Shown here in pieces: positions 25,101 to 39,500 of a stretch of DNA of 64,000 nucleotides. Source of the stretch: Macrostomum lignano (taxonomy: Eukaryota); assembly GCA_002269645.1 (NCBI GenBank), contig NIVC01000414.1, forward strand, positions 496,001 through 560,000. The letters run 5' to 3'. A program made the translations under genes and the position numbers. Every line of letters begins with the position of its first letter. The stretch's first letter is position 1. The notes beneath the pieces are model-generated. The model did no database searches. It saw nothing but the letters and a program-made list of their open reading frames with translations, and was not told the origin of the DNA.

Positions 25101-27650
25101 TTGACTTAATCGAATTTTTTCCGTCAAACAACTCAACTCGCCAGATTCATTAGGGCTAGGGTTAAGGTTAGGGTTAGGGTTAGGGTTAGAACTACGCACA
25201 GCTTCGTGTTAAAAGGCACTGATAAAAATATTGAATTAATTGAATCAAATCATTGCGCAACCGATTTCACAGTCAGTCAGTATCAGTCTCAGTTAAAGTT
25301 AACAAAAACATTGCGCAATCTAAATCAACCCTCCAATACACAGCAGCAGTGAGAAGTTGAACCCTCCCCCAACTTTATCTATTACGTCTCGCAAAACTGA
25401 GTACAATTTTTGCAGAAAGTTAAAAGTATGGAAATAGTTTTTTAAATGCGGTGCTTTTTCTTTTCATATTTAAAGCAAACAACTTATATCCCTAAACTCA
25501 GCGTTGCAAGATCTTTCCAGCAATATAAGTCTCTCCTCTCAAAGTTTAAAACTCAAGGAGCAGTTAGCGTTTGAAATTTACCGATTTCCCGACTGCTTGC
25601 CTGAGAGGCTCGCAATTTTGTACATTGAATTTCACTGCCAAGCTAATACACAGGGCCGATAATAAAAAAGCTAACCAATTGAATCAATTGATTGCGCAAT
25701 ATATTTCTGTGTTAGTCAGTATAAGTCTCAGTTAAAGTTAACAAAAAGTTTGCGCAATCTAATCAACCCTCCAATACAAAGCAACTGACCCCCTTCCTAT
25801 ACACAGCGCCAGTTAGAAGTCGAAACCCCCAACTTTATCTCTCACCTCTCGCCAAAATGAGTACAATATTTGCAGAAAGTTTAAAGTATGGAAATAGTTT
25901 TTGCAATGCAGAGCTTTTAGTTTTCATATTTGAAGCAAACAATTTATATCCCTGAAATCAGCTTTGCAAGTTCTTTCCAGCAATATAAATTTTTTCTCTC
26001 AAAGTTAAAAACTCGAGCAACAGTTTGCGTTTTTCTGATTTAAAGCATTGAAATATCGATTGTACGTTCACTGCCTGCTAAAGAGGCCCGCAAGTTTATG
26101 CATTGAATTTCAAGGTTCAACAAAATCACAGGGCTGCCTATTGAAAATTAGAACACAAATCTTTGCGCAATTGTCTATACAGTCAGCCAGTGAGCCAGGG
26201 TCCGATTGTACACAGGCAGCCATTTAGAACGCCCCATCCCCCCACTGGAGAGAAAATACACTGCAGAGATAGGGAAAAGTTGTGGCGCAATCACTTGAAA
26301 TTCATGCAAATTTTCAGCTCCAAGCAGAAAGAGGGGACAATTAAGATTATCAAAGGTCAAGACCGCCGTTTTCTGCTTTTTTGAGGATCTTAGAAATTAA
26401 AATTTCAGAATTAAAATAGCCTATAGCCGACCTCGGATAATTTCCAATCTTCCCATATAAGTTTCAACGCTGAGTTGCCACTATTCAAGGAGGAGTTGTC
26501 GAAATGACACACACACACACACACACACAGACAGACAGACAAACAACACGTCAACTTTAGTATATATAGAAGAGACGAGGCCAACTCCTCCTCTGGAGGA
26601 GAAAGGGGAAGAACTCCCATCACCGGAATACCATTTGCTGAAATATCTATCAACTGAAATTCCATGTCTTGAACCCTATCTTCCAAATCGTCTCCAAATT
26701 CTTTACAAAACCTTTCAAAGACCATAGCTCAAAGACTCTCACGTCTCTCATATCTCCTCTCTCCTCTCTTCGCTGTTATCGTGACTCTCTTCTCTCTCCT
26801 CTCTCTCATCTCATCTCTACCCCTACTCCCCTATTTATCTCTTCTCCCTCGTCTTTCGTCTGTACCCTCTCCTCTTGTCTCCTCTCTTCTCTCATATCTC
26901 TCCTCTTCACTTCTGTCTCCTGTCTCCTCTCTTCTCTCATATCTCTCCTCTTCACTTCTGTCTCCTGTCTCCTCTCTTCTCTCTTATCTCTCCCTCTTCT
27001 CTCCTCTCTCATATGTCATCTCTTCTTACTTATCTATCGTCTCTCTTAACCCTCTCTCTCTTCTCTTTTCTCTCCTATCTGCTTCTCATTTCTCATATCT
27101 CATATACGCTCTCACACTCTACTTTCTTGTCTCCCATCTTTCTTTCCTCCTTACCACTATCCCCTATCTCTTCTCTTCTCTCTTTTCTATCCTCTCCATT
27201 CTCTCTTCTCTCCTCTCCTTTCTCATTTCATCTTCTCCCCTCTCTTCTCTAATCTCTAATCTCTTCTCTCTTATGTTCTCACTCATCTCTTTTCTCATCG
27301 CATCTCTCATTTCTCCCCTCTTTTCTCCTCTCTTCTCTCTCCCCTCCTCTCTCATCTCTCATCCCTCATCTCACTCCTTCTTTCTCCTCTACTCTCCCCT
27401 CTTTTCTATTACCTCTGTACGCTCTTATCCCTCATCTCTATTCTCTCTCCTATCATCTCTATTGTCTCCCTCTGCTATCTCATATCTCCCCTCTCGTCTC
27501 CTCTCTCCTCTTCTCTTCTCTCTCCTTCGTTCCCGCCTTACTCCCCTCTTTTCTCCCATCTGTCATGTCTAATCTCTCGTCTCATTTCTACTCTGTTTTC
27601 TATCATCTCATCTCTCTTCTCTTTTCATTCTTCTCTTTACTCTCTTCTCT
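22130..27650 (+). repeat. Three polypyrimidine (CT-rich) low-complexity tracts inside array units
   Basis: ~22130-22830, ~24330-24760 and ~26750-27650. They are mutually homologous and account for the Ser/Leu-rich pseudo-ORFs. Confidence 0.9.
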
Positions 27651-30600
27651 GACTGACTGAAGATGCCAAATCCATCAAAATCCTCTCCGCAAAGCAGAAA
27701 TCCTGTCCGTTCAAATGAAAACCATCGAAATCCTCTCCATGAAACTGGACTCCTTCGAAATCCTCTCATTGAAACTTAAATCCATCAAAATCGTCTCGAT
27801 AAAACAGAAATCAATCATAAATTATTTCCGCGAAACAGAAATCCTCACTGTGAAGATGAACGTGATCGAAATCCTCTCCGTGAAACTGAACACCATCGAA
27901 ATCCTCTCCACGAAACAGAAATTCTCTCCGTCAAAATTAAAACATTGAAATCGTCTCCGCTAAACTGGACTCAATCGAATTTTTTCCGTCAAACAACTCA
28001 ACTCTCCGGATTCATTGGTTAGGGTTAGGGTTAGCTTTAGGGTTAGAACTACGCACAGCTTCGTGTTAAAAGGCACTGATAAAAATATTGAACTAATTGA
28101 ATCAATTCATTGCGCAACCGATTTCACAGTCAGTCAGTATCAGTCTCAGTTAAAGTTAACAAAAACATTGCGCAATCTAAATCAACCCTCCAATACACAG
28201 CAGCAGTGAGAAGTTGAACCCTCCCCCAACTTTATCTATTACGTCTCGCAAAACTGAGTACAATTTTTGCAGAAAGTTAAAAGTATGGAAATAGTTTTTC
28301 AAATGCTGTGCATTTTCTTTTCATATTTAAAGCAAACAACTTATATTCCCGAACTCAGCGTTGCAAGATCTTTCCAGCAATATAAGTTTCTTCTCTCAAA
28401 GTTTAAAACTCGAGGAACAGTTAGCGTTTGAAATTTACCGATTTCCTGACTGCTTGCTAGAGAAGCTCGCAAGTTTATTCATTGAATTTCACTGCCCAGC
28501 TAATACACAGGGCCGATAATAAAACCAATTGAATCTCGGCACAGTTCTATCTATCTTTTTACACTGTACAACAGCTATGTACACTCAGTCCAAGCCCAAC
28601 CCCCTCGTTCCGGGGAATCATTAAATTTAACTCAACCCCTCAACTAAAATCTTCCTACAATCTTTGCAGGAAGTTAAAAGTATGGAAATCGTTTTTTGAA
28701 TCCCGCGCTTTTAGTTTTCATATTTAAAGCAAACAATTTATATCCCCGAACTCAGCGTTGCAAGTTCTTTCCAGCAATATAAGTCTCTCCTCTCAAAGTT
28801 AAAAACTCCAGCAACAGTCTGAGTTTGAAATTTGCCGATTTATAGCATTGCAATATTGAGTGTACGTTCATACGTTCACTGCCTGCTAAAGAGGCCCGCA
28901 AGTTTATTCATTGAATTTCACTGTCTAACCAATGCACAGGGCAGTCAATTGAAAGGCGCTGATAATAAAACCAATTGAATCTCAGCACAATAGCCATATA
29001 ATTGCGCTTACTTACCCACCACCCCACGAAATACACACAGTTCAATTTTTCAGCCGGGGTCCGCTTGTACACACGCTGCCACTGAGAACGCGACCAACCC
29101 CCACTGGCGAGAAAATACACTACAGAGATAGGAGAAAGTTGTGGCGCAATCGCTCAAAATCATGCAAATTTTCGGCTCCGAGCAGAAAAAGTGTCCAGAG
29201 AAGGTTAGGAAATCAGTTTTCTGCTTTTTTAGGGATCTTAAAATGTGAAAATAAAAAATTGAAATAGCCCACTGCAGTCCCCGGAAAATTTGCAGTTTCC
29301 CCATATAAGTTTCAACGCTGACTTGCAAGTATTCTAGGAGGAGTTATGCAACACACAAACAAACAGACAAACAAACAAACAATCATCGCACCAACTTTAG
29401 TATTAGGACGAGACGAGGCCAACTCCTCCGCTGGAGGAGAAAGGGGAAGAACTCCCATCACCGGAATCCCATTTCCTGAACTCTCCGCGAAACAGAAATT
29501 GTCTCCGTGAAACTGAACACCATCAAAATCCTCTCCGCGAAAATCCTCTCCGTGTAACTGGACTCAATCGAAATTTCTCTGTCAAACAGAACCCAGCTCT
29601 CAGAATTCATTGGTTATGGTTAGGGTTAGGGTTAGAGCTACACAGCTGCATGTTGAAAGGCGCCGTTAAAACATTGAACCAATTAAATTGCGCAACTTAT
29701 TTCTCAGGCAGTCAGTATCAGCCTCGGTTAAAGTTAACAAAAAAATTGCGCAATCTAAATCAACCCTCCAATACACAGCGACTGAACCCCTTCGAATACG
29801 CAGTGCAGCTAGAAATTGAACCCCCCCACTGTTGGGAGTCTGTCAAACCCTCATTGAACCCCCGAAATGGAGTACAATCTTTGCAAAAAGTTAAAAGTAT
29901 GGAAATCACTTTTTGAATGCTGTGCTTTTAATTTTCACATTTAGAGCAAAAAACTTATATCCCCTAACTCAGCATTGCAACCTCTTTCCAGCAATATAAG
30001 TCTCTTCTCTTAAAGTTTAAAACTCAAGGAACAGTTTGGCTTTGAAATTTCCCGTTTTAAGGAATTGAACTATTAAGTGTACGTTCACTGCCTGCAGCAG
30101 TGGGAGGCTCGCAAGTTTATTCATTGAATTTTACTGTCCAACAAATACACAGGGCTGCCTATTGAAAATCAGAAAACATATCGTTGCGCAATTGTCTATA
30201 CAATCAGCCAGTGAGCTAGGGTCCGATTGTACACACGCAGCCACTGAGAATGCCCCCATTCCCCATTGGAGAGAAAATACACTGCCGAGATAGGAGAAAG
30301 TTGTGGCGTAATCACTAAAAATTGATGCCAACTGGCCCAGTTACACCCCTTCAGCTAAAAGAATACACTACACAGATAGGCCAGCTGTTGTGGCGCAATC
30401 ACTAAGAGTTGCGCAAGGTGGATCATATTCCCTATTGTTTTATTATTTCTGCTTTTTTAGGGATCTTAAAATATAAAAATGAAAGATTAAAATAGCTATA
30501 AACCCAACCCGGAAAATTTGCAGTTTACCCATATAAGTTTCAACGCTGAGTTGCAAGTAGTCTAGGAGAAAAATTGCAACATACAGACAGACAAACATCG

Positions 30601-33483
30601 CACCAACTTTAGTATTTACGAGGCCAACTCCTCCTCTGGAGGAGAAAGGGGAAGAATTCCCATCACCGGAACTCCATTCCCTGAAATGCCATTCCCTGAA
30701 TCCCATCATCCAACTCCTCTCCGCGAAACTGAACATCATCGAAATCCTCTCCGTAAAAGATAACTCCATCAAAAACCTCTCCGTGAAACTGACATTCATC
30801 AAAATCCTCTCCGAGAAACAGAAATCCTCTCCGTTAAACTGGACTTCATGGAAATCCTCTGCGTAAAACTGACATCCATCAAAATCGTCTCCGCGAAACA
30901 GAAATTCTCTCCTTAAAACTGGACTGAATCGAAATTTTCTCCGTCAAAAAGAATCAACTCTCAGGATTTAGTGGTTAGGGTTAGGGTTAGGGTTAGAGCT
31001 ACAACGCAGCAGCGTGTTGAAAGGCGCCGATAAAAAATTGAACCAATTAAATTCATTGAATGCGCAACCGATTTCACAGTCAGTCAGTATCAGTCTCGGT
31101 AAAAGTTAACAAAAAGATTGCGCAAACTAAATCAACCCTTCAATACACAGCGACTGACCCCCTTCCGCAGTGGCAATTAAAAGTTGAACCGCCCCTCCCC
31201 TCCCACCAACTGTTCGGGGGTTGGTCGAACCCCCATTGAACTCCAAAATGAGTAACACTGCAGAAAGTTAAAAGTATGGAAATCGTTTTTTAAATGCTGT
31301 GCTTTTTGTTTTCACATTTAAAGCAAACAACTTATATCCCCGAACTCAGCGTTGCAAGATCTTTCCAGCAATGTAAGTCTCTCCTCTGAAAGTGTAAAAC
31401 TTGAGGAACAGTTAGCGTTTGAAATTTCCTGATTTAAAGCATTGAAGTATCGAGTGTACGTTCACTGCCTGCTAAAGAGGCTCGCAAGTTTATTCAATGA
31501 ATTTTACTGCCCAGCAAATACACATGGCTGCCTATTGAATGGCGCCGATAATAAAACCAATTAAATCTCGACACAGTCCTAGCTATCTCCTTACACTGTA
31601 CAACTTCTATGTACACTCAGCCCAAGCCCAACCCCCATTCCGGGGGAATCGTTAAATTTAATTGAACCCCTAACACGCGGGGGGGTTTGCATTGAACGCG
31701 GAACACGCGCACTCACCCCCCCCCCAAAAACACAGCGACCCGCGGGCGGAGGTTGGGGTGGCTATTTTTACAAACTGGCTGCAGCCCCAGGCAGAGTGGC
31801 CAAAGAAGGTTATTGAGGGTTAAAAAAACAGTTTTCTGCTTTTTTAGGGATCTTAAAATGTAAAAATGAAAGAGTAAAATAGCTATAAACCCAATCCGGA
31901 AAATTTGCAGTTTTCCCATATAAGTTTCAACGCTGACTTGCCAGTAGTCTAGGAGAAAAATTGCAACACACAAACAAACATCGCACCACTTTTAGTATTA
32001 AGAGAGAAGAGAGAGAGGCCAACTCCTCCGATGGAGGAGAAAGGGGAAGAACTCCCATCACCGGAATTCCATTCCCTGAACTCCATCAGCTGAATCCCAA
32101 GACCCGAATCCCATTATCTAACTGTTCTCCAAATCCATCAAAATCCTCTCTGTGAAACTGAACACGATCGAAATCCTCTCCGCGAAACAGAAATCCTCTC
32201 CGTGAAACTGGACTCAATCGAAAGTTTCTCCGTCAAACAACTAAACTCTCAGGATTCAGTGGTTAGGGTTAGGGTTAGGGTTGGAGCTGCACAGAGCTGC
32301 GTGTTGAAAAGGTCCGATAAAAAATGAGATAATTGAATCAAAAGATTGCGCAATTTACGCTCGTATTTCTAAGTCAGTCAGTATCAGTCTCAGTTAAAGT
32401 TAACAAAAATATTGCGCAATCTAAATCAACCCTCCATCCAATACACAGCGACCGACCCCCTTCCAATACGCAGTGGCAATTAGAAATTGAACCCCCCCCC
32501 AACTGTTGGGGGGTCAGTCGAACACCATTGAACCCCTAAAATGAGTACAATCTTTGCAATAAGTTAAAAGTATGGAAATAGTTTTTCCAATGCAGAGCAT
32601 TTAGTTTTCATATTTAAAGCAAACAATTTATATCCCGAACTCAGCGTTGCAAGTTCTTTCCAGCAATATAAGTCTCTCCTCTCAAAGTTAAAAACTCCAG
32701 CAACAGTCTGAGTTTGAAATTTGCCGATTTATAGCATTGCAATATTGAGTGTACGTTCATACGTTCACTGCCTGCTAAAGAGGCCCGCAAGTTTATTCAT
32801 TGAATTTCACTGTCTAACCAATGCACAGGGCAGTCAATTGAAAGGCGCTGATAATAAAACCAATTGAATCTCAGCACAATAGCCATATAATTGCGCTTAC
32901 TTACCCACCACCCCACGAAATACACACAGTTCAATTTTTCAGCCGGGGTCCGCTTGTACACACGCTGCCACTGAGAACGCGACCAACCCCCACTGGCGAG
33001 AAAATACACTACAGAGATAGGAGAAAGTTGTGGCGCAATCGCTCAAAATCATGCAAATTTTCGGCTCCGAGCAGAAAAAGTGTCCAGAGAAGGTTAGGAA
33101 ATCAGTTTTCTGCTTTTTTAGGGATCTTAAAATGTGAAAATAAAAAATTGAAATAGCCCACTGCAGTCCCCGGAAAATTTGCAGTTTCCCCATATAAGTT
33201 TCAACGCTGACTTGCAAGTATTCTAGGAGGAGTTATGCAACACACAAACAAACAGACAAACAAACAAACAATCATCGCACCAACTTTAGTATTAGAGAGA
33301 GACGAGGCCAACTCCTCCTCTGGAGGAGAAAGGGGAAGAATTCCCATCACCGGTACTCCATTCCCTGAAATGCCATTCCCTGAATCCCATCATCCAACTC
33401 CTCTTAGCGAAACTGAACATCATCGAAATCTTCTCCGTAAAAGAGAACTCCATCAAACACCTCTCCGTGAAACTGACATTCAT

Positions 33484-33830
33484 CAAAATCCCCTCCGAGA
33501 AATAGAAATCCTCTCCGTGAAACTGGACTCCATGGAAATCCTCTCCGTGAAACTGGACTCCATGGAAATCCTCTCCGTGAAACTGGACTCCATGGAAATC
33601 CTCTCCGTGAAACTGACATCCATCAAAATCGTCTCCGCGAAACAGAAATTCTCTCCGTGAAACTGGACTCCATGGAAATCCTCTCCGTGAAACTGACATT
33701 CATCAAAATCCCCTCCGAGAAACAGAAATCCTCTCCGTGAAACTGGACTCCATGGAAATCCTCTCCGTGAAACTGACATCCATCAAAATCGTCTCCGCGA
33801 AACAGAAATTCTCTCCATTAAACTGGACTG
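33484..33830 (+). repeat. Expanded 30-bp minisatellite GAAATCCTCTCCGTGAAACTGGACTCCATG
   Basis: The motif is present in degenerate form between the hairpin and the TTAGGG tract in most units and is most homogeneous here. Confidence 0.85.
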
Positions 33831-35730
33831 AATCGAAATTTTCTCCGTAAAAAAGAATCAACTCTCAGGATTTAGTGGTTAGGGTTAGGGTTAGGGTTAG
33901 GGTTAGAGCTACAACGCAGCAGCGTGTTGAATTAATTGAATGCGCAACCGATTTCACAGTCAGTCAGTATCAGTCTCGGTAAAAGTTAACAAAAAGATTG
34001 CGCAAACTAAATCAACCCTCCAATACACAGCGACTGACCCCCTTCCAATACGCAGTGGCAATTAAAAGTTGAACCCCCCCCCTCCCACCAACTGTTGGGG
34101 GGTTGGTCGAACCATCATTGAACTCCAAAATGAGTACACTGCCGAAAGTTAAAAGTATGGAAATCGTTTTTTAAATGCTGTGCTTTTTGTTTTCACATTT
34201 AAAGCAAATAACTTATATCCCCGAACTCAGTATTGCAAGATCTTTCCAGTAATATAAGTCTCTCCTCTGAAAGTTTAAAACTCGAGGAACAGTTAGCGCT
34301 TGAAATTTCCTGATTTAAAGCATTAAAGTATCGAGTGTACGTTCACAGCCTGCTAAAGAGGCTCGCAAGTTTATTCATTAAATTTTACTGCCCAGCAAAT
34401 ACACATGGCTGCCTATTGAATGCCGCCGATAATAAAACCAATTAAATCTCGACACAGTCCTAGCTATCTCCTTACACTGTACAACTGCTATGTACACTCA
34501 GCCCAAGCCCAACCCCCTCCCATTCCGGGGGAATCGTTAAATTTAATTGAACCCCCCAACACGCGGGGGGGGGTTATTTGCATTGAACACGCGCACCCAC
34601 CACCCCTCAATACACGGCGGCCCGCGGGCGGAGGTTGGGGTGGCTATTTTTACAAACTGGCAGCAGCCCCAGGCAGAGTGGCCAAAGAAGGTTATTGAGG
34701 GTTAAAAAAACAGTTTTCTGCTTTTTTAGGGATCTTAAAATGTAAAAATGAAAGATTAAAATAGCTATAAACCCAATCCGGAAAATTTGCAGTTTTCCCA
34801 TATAAGTTTCAACGCTGACTTGCCAGTAGTTTAGGAGAAAAATTGCAACACACAAACAAACATCGCACCACTTTTAGTATTAAGATTTAGTATTAACGAG
34901 GCCAACTCCTCCGATGGAGGAGAAAGGGGAAGAAATCCCATCACCGGAATTCCATCACCGGTATTCCATTCCTGGAAATCCATCAGCTCAATCTCATGAG
35001 CTAAGTCAGTCAGAGTAAGAGTCACTAAAAGCAGTTACGCAGTTTTACGCAGTCAATTTATCAGGCAGTTAGTGTCAGTCTCATTATAAATTAACTATGG
35101 TTACGTCATCTTAGTCAACTCTCCAATGCACAGCAACGTACCCCTCAGTACAGAACGCGCAATTAGAAATCTAACTAACGCCCCCATTCATATCAGTACT
35201 TATACTTTTGTGTCTCCGTTGAATATATTAAAAAACAAATTCAAAGACATCATTGGGGGGTGCGCAGGAAACGACCAAATTAAAGGGATATTATAAGCAC
35301 AGGTCATTGGCTAAGTATTTCATAATGTTAGTGTAGAATTTATGTGCATTTTATATCTTTCCATTACTTATGCCGTTTATTAATAGCCTATGAATCGACC
35401 GGCTCGTTTGTATTCAGAATCCTGCGCACCCCGAGTACAGTACGGCATATATTTTTTATTAAAGCATTGCAATTGTATTTTAAGAGGGGTGTAAGCAAAG
35501 GTGAAAATTAAAAAAAGTGGAAAAAAGTGTAAGAAAACCTATTAACTTAACTGACAATACTAAATAAGCAAATTGGGTCAATATTAACACATGTAACAAA
35601 ATATAGAGCTTAACATGAATAATTACGAACGGCTATTCTGTACATTATTAAGAATCAGAAAAAATAAGTATGGCAATTGAATCTAAATTGCCAGGAGCCT
35701 GAGCATTCTTAGAAGCTCCCCTTATACGTT

Positions 35731-35874
35731 AGATTCACAATCTCACAGATTCACAATCTCACAGATTCACAATCTCACGGATTCACAATCTCACGGATTC
35801 ACAATCTCAAAGATTCACAATCTCAAAGATTCACAATCTCAAGGCTTCACAATCTCAAGGCTTCACAATCTCAA
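35731..35874 (+). repeat. 16-bp minisatellite, 9 copies
   Basis: AGATTCACAATCTCAC x3, GGATTCACAATCTCA(C/A) x2, AGATTCACAATCTCAA x2, GGCTTCACAATCTCAA x2. Confidence 0.95.
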
Positions 35875-35929
35875 TTCATTTAGCAACTCTATCAAGAAAC
35901 AGTTTTGCCACTACCTAATAGTTTACGTT

Positions 35930-36450
35930 AAAAAAATTATCACTCATAATTTGTCACTCATAATTTTTCACACTCCAACTTTGGCACTCTAATAAATCGC
36001 ATAACTCTCATTTTCCCTCGAGAATTTGTCACACTCATAATTTCTGACTCATAATTCATCACTCTCATAATTCGTCACACTCAATTTTACACCCTGAATT
36101 TTGCACCCTCATAATTATTATCCTTCTCAACATTTTTCACTTACTCAGAATTTGCTACACAGAATTTTTCACTTCATCACTCTCATAGTTTGTCAGTCTC
36201 ATAATTCGTCACACTCTGAATTTGGCACTCTTAAGTATTATCACTCTCTAATTTGTAACTTCTTTTCATAGTTCATCACTCACTCAAGATTTTTCACTCA
36301 CTCATTGTGTCACCCATTCTCATTATTTGTCACTATCATATTTTGTCACTGTGATAGTTTATCACTCGCATAATTTTCAATTCTCAGCTTTTCAGTCTCA
36401 TAATTTGTCGCTCTCATAAGTTATAACTCACTCTCAAAATCTGTCACACC
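35930..36450 (+). repeat. Degenerate CACTCTCATAATTTGT-type repeat in the Helitron 3' region
   Basis: Recurrent CACTC(T)CATAATT motif. Confidence 0.7.
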
Positions 36451-36511
36451 TATATATTTCTGCCATCTTGCCTATGCTATTATTCCTGCACTAATCCGTC
36501 ACTAATCAGTC

Positions 36512-39500
36512 CTACTTGCCGATAAGCTGGCGAAGCACGATGTTCCTCGTCCGTCCGCCTGGAGCCCGAACTTTAACGCCATCGGCACTCCGCGCACGAC
36601 TCAGAGCCACGTAGAGCTGGCCATGCTGAAAGCAAGCCGTCGTCAGGTCGACAGCGTAGGTGCCCAGCGACTGGCCCTGGCTCTTGTGGATAGTCATGGC
36701 GAAGCACGGCCGGATCGGGAACTGCAGACGGCGGAAAACAAACGGAACCTCGGTTGGGCTCGGCTCCTGCGGGATCCGCGGGATGAACACCTGCCGCGAA
36801 CGGTAGACGCCAGTGGTCACCTCCGCTAGCAGGACGTTGTCACGCAGTTCACGCAGCAGCAGCCGAGTCCCGTTGCACAGCAGCGGTGGGTCCAGATTCC
36901 TCATCATGACGACCGGCATGCCGACCTTCAGCTCCAGTCGGTGATGCGACATACCGCTGGGGTCCAGCCGGTTCAGCAGCTCCGGCGGAAAATTGGTGGC
37001 TGCCGTGTCGTCATTCGGAATCGAGTCGACCGACAGGTAGACTCGGCTCTCACCGGGGAAGAGCGCTAAGCAGGCGGCGTTGGCCTCGTCCACCGTCCTG
37101 TTGAGTGGCGCCAGGATGCTCCGCTCCGCGAACATCTGGTCACGCTGCGCACTCGGCTCAAAGGACGGGTAAACGTGCCGGATGAGCTGCTCAGTGGTTG
37201 TGTCCTCGGGCAGAAGGATCTCGCTAGGCAAGGAGACCATGCCCTCAACGTCCTCTGGCAGCTCCCCGTTGCCAACCTGACGGTGAAAAGTGGAATGAGT
37301 AGAAATTTTAATTTTTATTGAGTAGAAATTTTACAATTTTTTTCTTCAATTTTCATGCTTAATGAGAGCATAGAAGCTCCATAGATTCTCACCTGCATAA
37401 GAAAATCTGCGTAGCTTTGGAGAGCCGAGCCGCCCTCCAGCCGCAGATTCCTTGTGAGCTGGTGCTGCCGGAAGTGCCGCCACAGCACCGACCGATTCAG
37501 GCAGGCTTCGATCGTGTTGGCCTGCGTCCCTCCGGGCACAACAGCAAGCAACTGGCGAAAGTCGCCAGCCAGCACCAGCAGCGCTCCCCCGAATGGCTGC
37601 CCACCGTGCAGCAAATCACGCAGAGTTCGCTCGACGATCTCGAGGTCTTTGCGGTGCGTCATCGGGGCCTCGTCCCACACGATGAGGCGGGCGTTCCGCA
37701 GAATCTCCGCCAGTTTGCTCCGCCTGCCGATGGAGCAGAAGGCGCTGTCCTGCCGTACAGCGCAGACGGGGATCTTGAACCTGCAGGCAGGTATCGCGAG
37801 GATGGTCAGTTGTGAGGATAAATTAGACATAAGTTTCTGTTCTTAAAAATTAACAGTTTATAAAAATATTTATGCGGACACAAAACTCACATCGAGTGGG
37901 CGGTCCGACCTCCGGGTAGAATAGTCGCCGCGATGCCCGATGACGCGACGGCAACAGTTATTTGACGTCTTGCTCGAACCGACTTCAGCAGAAGTGTGAG
38001 CAGGAACGTCTTGCCTGTGCCTCCAGGAGCGTCAATGAAATGCAGCCCGCCGCCACCGGCCGTCAGATTGGACTGCACGGCCTCGAAGACAGCTCGCTGC
38101 TCGTCAGTCAGGGTAGCGACCAGCGCATCCACTTCGGACTGCAGCTCAGCAGCTTCATGGGGCGTCGGCAGGCAGTCAGAAAGAAGCCGAGTCTGGATAT
38201 TGAAAAGTGGCTGTCATCAGTTAGCTAATAAAGGTAAAAAATATTAACAGTCAGTGCATAGAAGTGATTTTATTTACCTGATCCGGCTCTGCCAGTGGTT
38301 GAGGAAGGCCGTAGGCAGACAGCTCGGATCCGCCCATCCGCTCCAGCCGCTTCTGCAGCGACCGCAGCACTTCGGCCATAGCAGCCTCGGCGCTCAAGCC
38401 CTGGTGCAGCAGGTCGCCAGCCATCTCGCGGGAAAACTCCTCCCAGAGCTTCACGGGGTCGCTTGGATCGCCGTGCGCCAAAATTGCGGCAAAAAGTCGG
38501 CGCAGAGCAGCAGGCATCCGCGTCTGGGCAGCTTCGGACAGACACAGCTGCCAGTGCCTGTCGTCTTCCAGCAGTCCGCGAGCCTGGCAGGCGGCCTTGA
38601 AGGTCGGCAGCAGGACTCCATCGACAGTGCGCAGAGCCTCGAACGAAGTCGGGCCGCGCACATTCACCAGCAGCAGGCGCAGGTAAAAACAGTCGCCCAT
38701 CCGTGGACTGACTGTGAAGATGCGGCCGATGTTGCTGGTCGTCAGAACATCGGCTGGCTGATCAGCAGCGACTCGGCCGCGACCTGCGCGATGCCACTGG
38801 TGCGCACTTCTGTCCCAGGTGAAGTGCCGGGGCACCTCCTGGTACAGCAGCCCTCGGGCGATATCGTCATGGCGACAAAGCTGGGCGGGTAAGAATAAGA
38901 ACAGGAATTAACAGGAAGGAGGAAAAAGTTGAAAAATTGCACTTTTTCTGCAAAACTCACATCGAAGAAGGCGGTCAAAGTCGTGGCCTTGGGCGTAGCA
39001 GCAACAGCCTGAGCCGTCTCGTCAGTGAAAAAAACCCGCTGCTCGTCCTTAAGATGAACCGCGAGCCTGATCACAGGGGGGTATCGGCTGTGCACCTCAA
39101 AGCCCAGGATGGTGTTGACCGCCTCCATTGGACCGATGAACCTGCCCAGTAGGTATTCGTCGATCTCATCGATCTTGTGTCGCTTTGCGGAAGTCGCAGC
39201 AGCAGCAGCAGCAGTCCCAGTCGACGTGGACGGACCGGCGATCGCCAGTGGTCCTTCAGTGGCCGAATCAGCGTTGGCATTCGCAGCAGCCGCCGACTCC
39301 TTACGGATCTGGTATGCTGCCATGTCGCTACCCTTGGTGATGTACTTCACCACGTACTTGATGGCCCGAACTGTCGCGCAGATCTCGACATTCAGGTGAC
39401 AGCGAAACTCGCGCAGCAGCGCTGGGCAGTACGGCACCACCCAGCGGTTGTCAAAGGTGAACATCGCCCTCTGACCGCCGCGCAGCTTTGCGAGCTTCGT

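Noticed and set aside
36512-38192. PIF1 helicase as a cellular PIF1 gene
   Set aside because: It is fused in frame to a HUH Rep domain and bounded by Helitron termini.
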